Positions 36,260 through 50,600 of a DNA stretch of 64,000 nt are shown here, one piece after another; the stretch's first letter is position 1; every line of letters begins with the position of its first letter. Location of the stretch: contig CATNEN010000003.1 of assembly GCA_950097015.1 (NCBI GenBank), positions 2,914,001 to 2,978,000 on the forward strand, read 5' to 3'. This DNA is from Macrostomum hystrix (taxonomy: Eukaryota > Animalia > Platyhelminthes). Position numbers and translations under genes: made by a program. The notes beneath the pieces are model-generated. The model had not been told where the DNA came from and searched no databases. It worked only from the letters and a program-made list of their open reading frames with translations.

Positions 36260-38729
36260 CTAGGAACTGCTACCAATAGATGTCATGCTGACATCAGCTG
36301 TGTCATCGCAAATATCTGCTGTTGATAATCTTCCAAATAAATGGTGAGAATTATTAGTTGCGCAATACTTCGGGGCGTCTCCGATTGGACAGGAATTTGA
36401 TTGGACGATATTGGTGGGCTCGGTAACTTGGTAGACAGAATCTTCACCATTGGTCAGCGTCGATGGCTGGGTCGCGCTGAATATGAAATTAAATGATATA
36501 ATTAATTTTATAATAACAACTCTAGATGGTATATTTTGGGTTTAAAAAGACGCTTATGATAAGGATTTATCGATAGCTTGGGTCCTTAATCCGAAGTAAT
36601 TTTTTCCTTGTGAAAAAAAGGATAAATTTCCTTGTGGGAAAAATCAGAAGTTTACAATATAAAACAACTGAGTTTCGAACGGAAACAGTCGAGTTTCTCA
36701 ATGTTCTGACAGAAAACAGCCGATTCTTTAATGGAAACAGCCGAATTTCAAATAGAAACGGCCGAATATCAAACAGAAACAGCCGAGTTTCAAATAGAAA
36801 CAGCCGAATATCAAACGGAAACAGCCGATTTTCAAATAGAAACAGCCGAGTTTCAAATAGAAACAGCCGAGTGTCAAATAGAAACAGTAAATTTTCAAAC
36901 GGAAACAGCCGAGTATCAAATAGAAACAGCCGAGTATCAAATAGAAACAGCCGAGCATCAAACAGAAACAGCCGAGTATCAAATAGAAACAGCCGAGCAT
37001 CAAACAGAAACAGCCGAGTATCAAATAGAAACAGCCGAGCATCAAACAGAAACAGCCGAGTATCAAAAAGAAACAGCCGAGTATCAAAAAGAAACAGCCG
37101 AGCATCAAACAGAAACAGCCGAGTATCAAAAAGAAACTGCCGAGTTTCAAATAGAAACAGCCGAATATCAAACGGAAACAGCCGAGTTTCAAATAGAAAC
37201 AGCCGAATATCAAACAGAAACAGCCGAGTTTCAAATAAAAACAGCCGAATATCAAACAGAAACAGCCGAGTTTCAAATAGAAACAGCCGAATATCAAACG
37301 GAAACAGCCGAGCGAATCATCACGGTAGGGAAGCTGCCCAGTAAATACACAAACTCACCCAGTTGTCTCTCTAATAGTCTCCATTGGCTTGAATTCAACC
37401 AGCAGGCGCGGACGCGACGGAGGCGGCTGCCTTCGCCGAGGGCTGTGCGGATTTGGCGACACCCGCAGGTCGGAGTGTCGACAGCTCGATGGCACAACGG
37501 AGGTCAGGTTGAACAGGCTGGGAATTGATAGCTGAGTCTGGGTGCCGGCTGCGGAATGGAGTGGGATAATGGTGATTAGTATGAGCACACATGGGGCTGA
37601 CTGTCAGAGCGATCAAAGCGTTTGCCTCTTGCACCAAGGTCCCTGAGCTCGATTCCGCGGCGAGGCCACATTCATTTGGGCGCAGCCGCGGAGACAAAGC
37701 TTGTCGTGCAATTTACGCCCTTGAGGGCCAACCTCCAAGGCACAGTGAGAGTGTACACTGCCTGACGATGAGAAAGTCAGGGCAGATGTACACACCTGTG
37801 TGAGCGTATGCCTGCGTACAGTATCTGTGTGCGTGTGTGCTCAGGAGTCAGCGAAATGGGCAGAATTGCCTCCTCACTGGCTGCGGGTCTAGTGTCACCA
37901 AATGATGTGCCTTCGTCCACAGCCCTCCTGCAATTATTATTATAATTATGAGCACACTTTGAGCAGTTTTTCACAGAAAAACATTTGCCCGTTAAATACC
38001 ATTCCATTTCTCCGCTAAGGGTCTGAGCTGTCCCTCGGCCCAGATTAATTCAACAGGCTGCAAGCACCGGCGGCGGCGTTTCAATATGGGCGAAGAGGAG
38101 GCTGAATGCGAGTCGAGTGAAGTCGCTTCCTCAACATCGCGAATTGGGCTGGTCGAGTTTGCGTACAGTTTTCGCCTTGACGAAAGAAAATAAATAAACG
38201 TCGTTGTTTATAGTCTCCGTTTCTTAAACAACCCTTAAAATCTTTTTTGGTAACTACGTTACTTTAGCAGTAACAACGTTACTTTAGCAGTTACTACGTT
38301 AATTTAGCAGTAACTACGTTACTTTTGTACGTTACTTTAGCAGTAACTACGTTACTTTAGCAGTAACTACGTTACTTTAGCAGTAACTACGTTACTTTTG
38401 CAGTAACTACGTTACTTTTGCAGTAACTACGTTACTTTTGCAGTAACTACGTTACTTTTGCAGCAACTACGTTACTTTAGCAATAACTAAGGTACTTTAG
38501 CAGTAACTACGTCACTTTAGCAGTTACAACGGTACTTTAGCAGTAACTAGGTTACTTTAGCAGTAACTACGTTACTTTAGCAGTAACTACGTTACTTTAG
38601 CAATAACTACAGTACTTTAGCAGTAACTACGTCACTAAAGTTTATTGAACAGTAAAAAAACGTTACTTCAAAAGTAACTAGCGTTACTTACCGAAGCACC
38701 ATTCGATCTCTATTAACCGAACTACTCAT
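36260..38729 (-). CDS. Uncharacterised 206-aa S/P/R-rich protein (four coding exons)
   Basis: Exons 38729-38692, 38175-38000, 37548-37359 and 36476-36260 all have GT-AG ends and matching phases (2,1,2). They give 621 nt with no internal stop: MSSSVNRDRMVLRRKLYAN...PILKRRRRCLQP...RPRLLVEFKPMETIRETTG...MTSIGSSS*. I do not recognise the family. Confidence 0.62.
36695..37312. repeat. Minisatellite, 21-bp unit (intron of the unknown gene)
   Basis: GAAACAGCCGAGTTTCAAATA variants. Confidence 0.95.
37596..37950 (+). mobile_element. SINE family A copy (near full length)
   Basis: tRNA-like head ending GCTCGATTCCGCGGCGAGG, CCTTGAGG hairpin, GTGTACAC long hairpin, 3' stem GGCTGCGGG...CAGCC and (ATT)n tail. 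Confidence 0.85.
38250..38636. repeat. Minisatellite, 20-bp unit
   Basis: CAGTAACTACGTTACTTTAG. Confidence 0.94.
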
Positions 38730-39189
38730 TTTTATAGCTCCTTAACGGAGGCCTTAGGTGTTTGCAGGTTTCATGCTGAAAAAAAGCAGAGCAAATTAAC
38801 CTTCAATAGACAATACAAACTGAAACAATTTTTCTTTGTTAAAAACAATGCAAAATTTCTACGAAATCTGTAGAAAAAAAGAGACCGCAGAAAATTTGCA
38901 AGTCAAATCATGTCACCTATCACAGATATGAACTAACTATACCACGTTCTTACCATGTAACTTGACATAACAAGAAATTTGCAATTCTAATTACACGCTA
39001 AGCCCTTTGTGTGCACTGCACAACTTGGCCTTCAGTAGCTAGGCGAAAAAACCGCAATGCCATTCTAGCTAAGAAAACATGCTGGGGTGAAGTTTTTCTA
39101 ACTTTGATGTCAGAAGCAAATTGTTTCCTAATTTCTGAAATTAGTAGATAAATGGACGAGAAAAGCAACAAGACAGGCAGGACTGATGG

Positions 39190-41030
39190 ACAGGTAGGCA
39201 GGTAGATTGAAGGGATAAACAGGCAGGTAGATAGAAGGTATAAACATGTAGGTAGATAGACGGGATAAACAGGCCGGTAGATAGATGGAAAAACAGGCAG
39301 GTAGATAGATGGATAAACAGGCAGGTAGATAGATGGATAAGCAGGCAGGTAGATAGATGGATGAACAGGCAGGTAGATAGATGGATAAACAGGCAGGTAG
39401 ATAGACGGATAAACAGGCAGGTAGATAGATGGATAAGCAGGCAGGTAGAGAGATGGATAAACAGGCAGGTAGATAGACGGATAAACAGGCAGGTAGATAG
39501 ACGGATAAACAGGCAGGTAGATAGACGGATAAACAGGCAGGTAGATAGAAGGTATAAACATGTAGGTAGATAGACGGGATAAACAGGCCGGTAGATAGAT
39601 GGATAAACAGGCAGGTAGATAGATGGATAAACAGGCAGATAGATAGTAGGATAAACAGGCAGGTAGATAGATGGATAAACAGGCAGATAGATAGTAGGAT
39701 AAACAGGCAGGTAGATAGATGGATAAACAGGCAGGTAGATAGATGGATAAACAGGCAGGTAGATAGACGGGATAAACAGGCCGGTAGATAGATGGATAAA
39801 CAGGCAGGTAGATAGATGGATAAACAGGCAGATAGATAGTAGGATAAACAGGCAGGTAGATAGACGGATAAACAGGCAGGTAGATAGATGGATAAACAGG
39901 CAGGTAGATAGATGGATAAACAGGCAGGTAGATAGACGGATAAACAGGCAGGTAGATAGATGGATAAACAGGCAGGTAGATAGACGGATAAACAGGCAGG
40001 TAGATAGATGGATAAACAGGCAGGTAGAGAGATGGATAAACAGGCAGGTAGATAGATGGATAACAGGCAGGTAGATAGATGGATAAACAGGCAGGTAGAT
40101 AGATGGATAAACAGGCAGGTAGATAGATGGATAAACAGGCAGATAGATAGTAGGATAAACAGGCAGGTAGATAGATGGATAAACAGGCAGGTAGAGAGAT
40201 GGATAAACAGGCAGGTAGATAGATGGGATAAACAGGCAGGTAGATAGATGGATAAACAGGCAGATAGATAGTAGGATAAACAGGCAGGTAGATAGATGGA
40301 TAAACAGGCAGATAGATAGTAGGATAAACAGGCAGGTAGATAGATGGATAAACAGGCAGGTAGATAGATGGATAAACAGGCAGGTAGATAGACGGGATAA
40401 ACAGGCCGGTAGATAGATGGATAAACAGGCAGGTAGATAGATGGATAAACAGGCAGATAGATAGTAGGATAAACAGGCAGGTAGATAGACGGATAAACAG
40501 GCAGGTAGAGAGATGGATAAACAGGCAGGTAGATAGACGGATAAACAGGCAGGTAGATAGATGGATAAACAGGCAGGTAGATAGATGGATAAACAGGCAG
40601 GTAGAGAGATGGATAAACAGGCAGGTAGAGAGATGGATAAACAGGCAGGTAGATAGACGGATAAACAGGCAGGTAGATAGATGGATAAACAGGCAGGTAG
40701 ATAGACGGATAAACAGGCAGGTAGATAGATGGATAAACAGGCAGGTAGATAGATGGATAAACAGGCAGGTAGAGAGATGGATAAACAGGCAGGTAGATAG
40801 ACGGATAAACAGGCAGGTAGATAGATGGATAAACAGGCAGGTAGATAGACGGATAAACAGGCAGGTAGATAGATGGATAAACAGGCAGGTAGATAGATGC
40901 ATAAACAGGCAGGTAGATAGATGGATAAACAGGCAGGTAGATAGACGGATAAACAGGCAGGTAGATAGATGGATAAACAGGCAGGTAGATAGACGGATAA
41001 ACAGGCAGGTAGATAGACGGATAAACAGGA
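39190..41030. repeat. Purine-rich minisatellite, 24-bp unit
   Basis: ATAAACAGGCAGGTAGATAGATGG. Confidence 0.97.
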
Positions 41031-43714
41031 AGTTAGTTAGACAGAAGCGCACAGGAAGACAAGCAGACATTTTAAGAGACTGAGTAGACAAACAGGCAAG
41101 TAGATAATGAACTAGCACAGATTTCTAAAATCCCAAAATAACACAAACCCGATTTCTAAACTTGAAATCAGTAAATAAGACAAAAAATAAATCAGCACAC
41201 AAAACCCTCACGAAACAAAACTGAAGGAATTATATTTATTTATTAAATTTTGTCTTACAAAGATAGTGAAACAAAAAAGCGCTTTCATACATCGGGTCTA
41301 GCTTGTGCGGCTATATCATTGCTACTTTTAGAGAGGCTAAGATGAAGTAATAATGTCTGTTCTGTTCATTGTCTGCAGACACATGCCGACATTTAGCAGG
41401 ATGGAGTGAATTACAATTAGGAATTAGTAGGAACTAATAGTGTGTGCAGACAAAACAATTTTACAGTGATTGTTCGAACACAAAAAATAATTAAAGAACT
41501 TTCACGAAACTTTAAATCAAATCAATGTCAACTATTCTGTCTTAGACACACATCAGTGTATGGAAAAACATTGTTGAAATGTTAATCACATCTTTTAATT
41601 GACTAAAGAAGCAACTAATTAAAGACAAACATCCTGCTTGACGTAAGCAATTAGAACACAAATATAGAAATAGTTAATTAAGGTAGGCACACGGAGAGAA
41701 GATCGAGGCAGCAAAAGCAGAAGAAAACTTGAGAGCGCTTTAAAAACAGGCCCAAAAAATCAAACGCCTTTGGAAGGAATTGACAGCAATAGAGGCCGAA
41801 AATAATAAGGAATCTCAGCAGCCCTTGTCTTGATTTCTTATGTTGCTAGGTTAATAAGAAACACAAAACCACTTATGGAATGCATGTTGGGGGGCCGATA
41901 TTGCATGAGTTTAAACAAAAATGATACGAAAGTCTACTTGGAGAGTCTAGAGAACGTCAAATTTAAAGCATAAAATTGATGGGCCTTAATGAGTGTTCTG
42001 CTAGAGAGAGAATGTGACACTTGTTTTATTTTATTTTTACATTGTACAACTGCAACAATACTTCAATATCAAAAAGCGAAAAGACGACAGCTATAATTTG
42101 CTAGTACGGAATAAAAAATATGAAAAAGTTTTATTAAACAGAAAGCACCATGTCTGTTTACTATTATACACTTGGTCAACACAGCAACACTTACTCCTAG
42201 TAGTTAATATATTTATATCAGACAAATATTTTATTATCCTGCTACATTTTAGGATTTATTTGAGCCGGGAGTCACCATTGGATAACATAGCTATCACGTT
42301 GCAAAAATAAGCCAATGAGCGTTATTGCCGCGCCAGTGAAGCCTTTGTTGCTATTTTTAGCAACCAATTAAAACTAGGCTTGTCGCGCCGCTCGCGCGTG
42401 GAATGCACTTGTATAAAGCGTCATTTTGCTATTTTTAGCTCGTTATGTAGATTATGCACTAAATATGTCAATTAATAACTATTGTTTTTTATACCATGAG
42501 CTCTGAATGGCTGAGCTAGGAGATGAGAGCAATGAGAGCATTACATCCAGACCAATAAAGTTAGTTTATCGTGTCATTTTATGAGCTAGCCAAACCAGAT
42601 AAGAACATTAAGATAAGAGTCTGACACAAACTTAAACTAAATAAATAAGCTAAGAAAATTCAACGGGATTGAAACCAATTTAAGGAGTTTAAGAATATTT
42701 TTACAAAACAAATTTAAAAAATGTAAAAACACGTCTTTTCTGCGTCAAAACTGCCACGGTGTTTTCTACAAAGGGATTAAAGCCAAACAATAACAATACT
42801 ATTTTAACTAACAGTTTAATAGAATAGTCACACAGAATACTTGGACCCGTGACAAACGCCTACTAAAAACAACTAATTAATGAATGCGCGTTAATACTTA
42901 TGCTAGAAAAAGACAATTTACACCGAGCAGCACCGATTACAAGTTACAACGTGTATTGGGATGGGCAAAGAGAAAAAAGCGTCCCTAAGATTATGTGTGT
43001 ATCAAAAAGGTTTATACATAAGGCCAACTCTGTTTATAGAGAGAGAAGGAAAAAGGTTTTCTTGTTGCTAAACGTGTAGCAAACTGCGATATGTACGCTT
43101 TGACGGCAACTACTAATTAAAGTATACATATAAATATTAATTAATAAATAAATATATTCTAGCTAGCTAATAAAGCTAAAAAATCCAAGAACATTCCGAA
43201 AGTAAATTAAAATAATGCTGCACTTTACTATTTAGTAGCCGATATAATAAAGACTATTTTATCGTGACGATTTCAAAATAGTTAAAAAATTAAAGAATTT
43301 AGCATACAAAACATACTAAAGTACATACGAAATCCGGCGACAACTTCGCAAAAGCAAGTAAACAAAACGGAACAAAAATATTAAGTCATTCAGTTTTGGA
43401 ACAAGCAAAGCAGGGACAGTTGCTACGGTGTGAACGAATCAAACAGCTAATCTTTTCATACAATATGCTGATTTGCTGAAGTAAAAATGTTTTGCATACA
43501 AAGGAATGGTGGACATTTTTTATAGTAAATCATTAAGTTAATATTTGATAAATCGAAACATAAGAATAAAGTCTACGGTTATAACAAAAATGTAGGTCTT
43601 TATCCAGAATTTAATTTAAATTGCGCCCTAGACCATAAAGTTCCGACTGAACTTTCTAGGAAAGGGTACTTCGGAGAGCCAGTGATAAACAAGGATTCTT
43701 TGTTGACCCATTAA

Positions 43715-44110
43715 GTTTGACTTCGCTCTTATTGGCTGAGCCACAAATATTTACTAGAGCAGATTCAACTACGTCCAACGTGTGCGAATTTACTTTGTTT
43801 TTTTTTTACGATCGGTTGCGTTGATTTTAAGGTTTGAATTATTTCCTTACATTTTACTTACCTCTTATTGGCTGAGACGAAGTGTGGAGAGGGTTATAGC
43901 TGTATATAGCCTATTTGTTTACAGCTTTATGTTTCACTTGGCTCTCATTGGCTGAGACGAAGTGTGGAGAGGGTTATAGGGGAATATAGCCGGTCGATAT
44001 TTGTTTACAGATTAATATGTTTCACTTGACTCTCATTGGCTAAATCGGAGAGTGAAAATATTTTCTGCCCCAGCCAATAGGAGTTCAGGGAACTATTAGG
44101 CGGCAAAGTA
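43715..44110. repeat. Dispersed CCAAT-rich repeat, homologous to the sequence flanking the BEL insertion
   Basis: CTCT(C/T)ATTGGCTGAGCCACAAAT and GCCCCAGCCAATAG...GGC(A/G)G(T/C)AAAGT also occur at 16985-17010 and 24045-24172. Confidence 0.6.
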
Positions 44111-44651
44111 TGTACACTTGGGGCAGATAAGGAATGAATTTATGCTAAATTTCTTAATTTATAGACTTTGTTTATTACGTATTTCAGACTTCAGATTACA
44201 AATTTGACCCAATTTTATAATTATTTTATCACCAGAGTGTAATTAGAAAAAATGATCACGGAATAATTTGCGCAATTGAACTACCGCTTCTTAGCTTTTT
44301 CTAATAAATTAAATATTAAGTACTTATGTACATACAGCGAAAATTACGGCGACTTGCTTACGTTACGTAAAATACGGATATGCTGACAGAGAAAACAATA
44401 GGGAAATAGACAAAAGTACATATACGAAAGTAGTTCGCCGTTGAAAATATCAAGGTTTTTTTAATTTTTTATAAAAAAATTCTCTCTGTACAAGCAAATA
44501 AACTGCTAAACTAGATCAAACCAACTAGTATAACAAACAAGGAATACAAAAAGCACACACACTCACACACCGGCCTTAAAGAAAAAATAAACAAATATTT
44601 CTAAATCGACATTAAAACCGGATGTAGTCGATAAATCGAGAAAAACTACTA

Positions 44652-47600
44652 TTAAGAGGCTAGCAGACGATCGCCAGTTCGGACGTCTCGAATGGCTGCA
44701 GCCAAACGATGATCGCTGTCCTCGCTATGATCCTCATTGCTGCTATCCTCATTGGAGGCTGGCTTGGGATCTGGCAGGCTGTCCGAGCTAGATGCATCCC
44801 TCTGGTTGCTAGGCAAACGATTTTTATCAGCTAGAAGATAATCGGCCTCAGCTTTTTTTAGACGATCGGTGACAAGTTCGCGCTCTTTCCGCAGCCGCTC
44901 CAGACTGCTGTTGGTCTCCAAGCTGAGCCGTTGAACAGTCTCGTTGAGACGCTCGACATCTCGCAGTAAGCGACTCTCCCGATGCTGCTGATGACTATCC
45001 GGCGCTGACGCAACCGAATCCGGCGTGTCCGAGCGATAGGAAGATAGGCCGTCTGCGTTTGAGATCAAATTGAGTACAGTGTCTTAGGAAATTTGTAGAG
45101 AATATATTCAATTTGAGCTTTCTGTACTCAAGAAGAAACAGTAACAGTCGACTTTCAGATTTAAGTGAGCTCTTTAAACTAACATTGAGCTCATCTTTAA
45201 CAGTCATACCTGTTAAAGTGTTAAAGTTAAAGCTCAAAGAAAACCTTGAGCTCATCTTTGAAACTAGACTTGAGTACATCTTTAAACTAAACCTGAGCAC
45301 ATCTTTAAACTAACCTTGAGCACATCTTCAAACAAAACCTGAGCACACCTTCTCACTAGAGTTGAGCACAAATTTACACAAAAAATGAAGGACACAATCG
45401 CACTGAAGTTAACTTGAGTTGAGCACACATAAACTGCTCACCTTTCTCGCCATCGGTAGCATCCGTGGTAGCCTCATCCGTAGTGGCATTCTCAGCCAAT
45501 CTTCTGTCAATCTCGGCGTCAATATCGCGCTCCTGATAGTTTGGCCTATCGGCCAGAGTCTGTTTGCCAACATTGGCAGCCGCTTCAGCTGAAGTCTTCT
45601 TAGCGGCCAACATTAGTTCTCGAACAGCTTCAATGACGCGCAATTTGTCAGCTTCAGGATCAGACATTGTCGACTGCTGCTGCTGCTGCTGAGCTGACGG
45701 CGGCGGCGAGCTGGCATCACCGACAGCGGCTACAACGGATCCCAGAGTTGCAGCTGCCGCAGTAATCTCATCCTCATCGTCTGGCAGTTGATTTGGCACA
45801 GCCTGATCAGCTGTTTCCCAATCTGTGAACAGCCAGTCTCTAAATTTGATAATAGATTTAGTCAGAGCGATAAGATGAGCAGAATGCATTAGCATTGATT
45901 CCTGAGTACGCTGGCCGAATACTGAGGGAGCAAACACCATGGCCAAGTTGTACAGACGCATACGATTGTAGGCGCTTTGCTGGCTGACTAGGCCGAGATG
46001 ATTCACCAGGTATTGCAGTGTCCGCCTGTGACACTTGTGCTGCGGATGATCAGTGTGCTCATCCATCACGCCTAACAGTCTGTGAAGTTTCAGCATCCTG
46101 CTGGCATGATCTGGCAGCTTTTGAATAGCTAGAAAGTCGTTGTAATAGATAGCCGGAATCAAGGGATCGGGCAATTGCAATAGGAATCGTTTGAGCACAC
46201 TAGCAACAACATTGTACTCTAGCCAGAGCTCGCAGTTCGGATCCCACGCGTCGTAGGGCTTGGATAATTCCGCTTCTAGAGCGTCGATGTTGCGCGAATT
46301 GCCGCTAATCCTGTAGACGCCTTCGCGTCGAATAGCTCCGCATTCGATCACTCGACAGCACAGTTGGACTAGCAGCGGCACACCGTCTGGACCCATCGGG
46401 CACATGTGCAACGGCAGGCCGTAACTCCCTATCGACATTGCCGACATGCCAGACGGATCCGGCGATCTAGGGGCCAGCTGTTGAGGATTGTACATAATGT
46501 GCAATGGCACCTGCTGCTGCTGCTGATGCTTGCCGTCTTTAGCTGACCACAGGCTCTTGCCAAAATTGCGCAAAAGTTTTAGGCCAGTCTGGCGCGGCGA
46601 ATTGCCGGTTGGATCGTCTGCGCCGCCCGACGTGGCTGTGGCCGGGTGCAGCAACAGATGCTGCTGCTGCTGATGCGCCTGCGGCAACTGACGCAGTTTG
46701 GGAACGCTGCTTAACCGCTCCTATAAAGGATAGTTTAGATTTTATGTAAATTTGAAAACTAACTTGACAAATAATATAATAGGAAATACCAAAAAATACG
46801 AGGACTTTTTAGAAAATTCCGGGAAAGACAGGTGGATGTTTAAAATATTGAGCAGTCAATTTTGTATAATAATGCATCAATAAAAGGGAGGATATTCCCT
46901 AGGAGCAGTTAATACCAGGGTGATAATTTTAGTAAGAAGTTGGGAAATCCCAGACACAGGTAGTTATTACTAGGGAAATCCCAGAGATAGCTAGTTATGA
47001 CTAGGGAAATCCCAGAGATAGCTAGTTATGACTAGGGAAATCCCAGAGACAGCTAGTTATGACTAGGGAAATCCCAGAGACAGCTAGTTATGACTAGGGA
47101 AATCCCAGAGACAGCTAATCATGACTAGGGAAATCCCAGAGACAGCTAATCATGACTAGGGAAATCCCAGAGACAGCTAGTTATGACTAGGGAAATCCCA
47201 GAGACAGCTAATCATGACTAGGGAAATCCCAGAGACAGCTAATCATGACTAGGGAAATCCCAGAGACAGCTAATCATGACTAGGGAAATCCCAGAGAAAG
47301 GCAAAGCTAGTCATGACTAGGGAAATCCAAGAGACAGCTAGTCATGACTAGGGAAATCCCAGAGATGATTATGGATGAGAAATTCAAGGAGAAAATATTT
47401 TCTAGGCAGTACCTAGAGGCATTTATGACCAGCAAAGTCTTAAGGGACGATTTGGAATGGTAAATCGCGGGAGACTATAACATTGGAAATCCCAGACGAA
47501 GATTATGGATGGGTAAATCCCAGGAGACAATGGCGGATCGGAAATCCCTGGCGAGGATTAAGGTAAAGAAAGTCCTAAGTTAAAATTATGGATGCCGAAA

Positions 47601-50600
47601 TCCCTGGAGAAAATTATGGATTGGGAATTTCAGAAAACTATTATGGATGCATGGGGGAATTCCAGAAAACTATTATGCATGCATGGAGGAATTCCAGAAA
47701 ACTAGTATGCATGCATGGAGGAATTCCAGAAAACTAGTATGGATGCATGGGGGAATTCCAGAAAACTATTATGGATGCATGGGGGAAATCCAGAAAACTA
47801 TTATGGATGCATGGGGGAATTCCAGAAAACTATTATGCATGCATGGAGGAATTCCAGAAAACTAGTATGGATGCATGGGGGAATTCCAGAAAACTTGTAT
47901 GGATGCATGGGGGAATTCCAGAAAACTAGTATGGATGCATGGGGGAATTCCAGAAAACTATTATGGATGCATGGGGGAATTCCAGAAAACTATTATGGAT
48001 GCATGGGGGAATTCCAGAAAACTATTATGCATGCATGGGGGAATTCCAGAAAACTATTATGGATGCATGGGGGAATTCCAGAAAACTAGTATGGATGCAT
48101 GGAGGAATTCCAGAAAACTATTATGCATGCATGGGGGAAATCCAGAAAACTATTATGGATGCATGGGGGAATTCCAGAAAACTATTATGCATGCATGGGG
48201 GAATTCCAGAAAACTATTATGCATGCATGGGGGAATTCCAGAAAACGATTATGCATGCATGGGGGAATTCCAGAAAACTATTATGGATGCATGGGGGAAT
48301 TCCAGAAAACTATTATGCATGCATGGGGGAATTCCAGAAAACTATTATGCATGCATGGGGGAATTCCAGAAAACGATTATGCATGCATGGGGGAATTCCA
48401 GAAAACTATTATGCATGCATGGGGGAATTCCAGAAAACTATTATGCATGCATGGAGGAATTCCAGAAAACTATTATGCATGCATGGGGGAATTCCAGAAA
48501 ACTAGTATGGATGCATGGAGGAATTCCAGAAAACTATTATGGATGCATGGGGGAATTCCAGAAAACTATTATGCATGCATGGGGGAATTCCAGAAAACTA
48601 TTATAGATGCATGGGGGAATTCCAGAAAACTATTATGGATGCATGGGGGAATTCCAGAAAACTATTATGCATGCATGGGGGAATTCCAGAAAACTATTAT
48701 AGATGCATGGGGGAATTCCAGAAAACTATTATGGATGCATGGGGGAATTCCAGAAAGCTAGTATAGATGCATGGGGGAATTCCAGAAAACTATTATAGAT
48801 GCATGGGGGAATTCCAGAAAACTAGTATGGATGCATGGGGGAATTCCAGAAAACTAGTATGGATGCATGGGGGAATTCCAGAAAACTATTATGGATGCAT
48901 GGGGGAATTCCAGAAAACTATTATGGATGCATGGGGGAATTCCAGAAAACTAGTATGGATGCATGGGGGAATTCCAGAAAACTAGTATGGATGCATGGAG
49001 GAATTCCAGAAAACTATTATGGATGCATGGGGGAATTCCAGAAAACTATTATGCATGCATGGGGGAATTCCAGAAAACTATTATAGATGCATGGGGGAAT
49101 TCCAGAAAACTATTATGGATGCATGGGGGAATTCCAGAAAACTATTATGCATGCATGGGGGAATTCCAGAAAACTATTATAGATGCATGGGGGAATTCCA
49201 GAAAACTATTATGGATGCATGGGGGAATTCCAGAAAGCTAGTATAGATGCATGGGGGATTTCCAGAAAACTATTATAGATGCATGGGGGAATTCCAGAAA
49301 ACTAGTATGGATGCATGGGGGAATTCCAGAAAACTAGTATGGATGCATGGGGGAATTCCAGAAAACTAGTATGGATGCATGGGGGAATTCCAGAAAACTA
49401 GTATGGATGCATGGGGGAATTCCAGAAAACTATTATGCATGCATGGGGGAATTCCAGAAAACTATTATGGATGCATGGGGGAATTCCAGAAAGCTAGTAT
49501 AGATGCATGGGGGATTTCCAGAAAACTATTATATATGCATGGGGGAATTCCAGAAAACTATTATGGATGCATGGGGGAATTCCAGAAAACTATTATGGAT
49601 GCATGGGGGAATTCCAGAAAGCTAGTATGGATGCATGGGGGAATTCCAGAAAACTATTATGGATGCATGGGGGAATTCCAGAAAGCTAGTATAGATGCAT
49701 GGGGGAATTCCAGAAAACTATTATGGATGCATGGGGGAATTCCAGAAAACTAGTATGGATGCATGGGGGAATTCCAGAAAACTATTATGCATGCATGGAG
49801 GAATTCCAGAAAACTATTATGCATGCATGGGGGAATTCCAGAAAACTATTATGGATGCATGGGGGAATTCCAGAAAACTATTATGGATGCATGGGGGAAT
49901 TCCAGAAAACTATTATGGATGCATGGGGGAATTCCAGAAAACTATTATGCATGCATGGGGGAATTCCAGAAAACTATTATGCATGCATGGGGGAATTCCA
50001 GAAAACTATTATGGATGCATGGGGGAATTCCAGAAAACTAGTATGCATGCATGGGGGAATTCCAGAAAACTATTATGGATGCATGGGGGAATTCCAGAAA
50101 ACTATTATGGATGCATGGGGGAATTCCAGAAAACTATTATGGATGCATGGGGGAATTCCAGAAAACTATTATGCATGCATGGGGGAATTCCAGAAAACTA
50201 TTATGGATGCATGGGGGAATTCCAGAAAACTATTATGGATGCATGGGGGAATTCCAGAAAACTATTATGGATGCATGGGGGAATTCCAGAAAACTATTAT
50301 GGATGCATGGGGGAATTCCAGAAAACTATTTGTGAGGCATGGGGGAATTCCAGAAAACTAGTATGGATGCATGGGGGAATTCCAGAAAACTAGTATGGAT
50401 GCATGGGGGAATTCCAGAAAACTATTATAGATGCATGGGGGAATTCCAGAAAACTATTTTGGATGCATGGGGGAATCCCAAGCCAAGAAGAAAACTAATA
50501 TGTCCCGAGAAACATAGAATGAATAAATTTGAGAAACTCTTAAACAGGCCTTTCTTATTTGAACCGAATTAAAATGACTTACCTGCAAAGCCTTCAAGCA

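Noticed and set aside
37755-37795. CTGACGA-TGA-GAAA-GTC in SINE A resembles a hammerhead ribozyme core
   Set aside because: There is no room for stem II or stem III, and stem I does not close in register. The sequence is better explained as a simple hairpin (CTGAC/GTCAG). A co-transcriptional cleavage assay would settle it.
38998-41118. 706-aa ORF and other long repetitive ORFs (33154-33743, 36610-37528, 47647-50572, 57018-58584, 13851-14314)
   Set aside because: These are translations of stop-free tandem repeats, mostly inside introns, often open in several frames, with no domain content.
41100-44650. Additional gene in the AT-rich stretch downstream of RhoGAP
   Set aside because: No phase-consistent exons were found. 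It is more likely 3' UTR or intergenic sequence.
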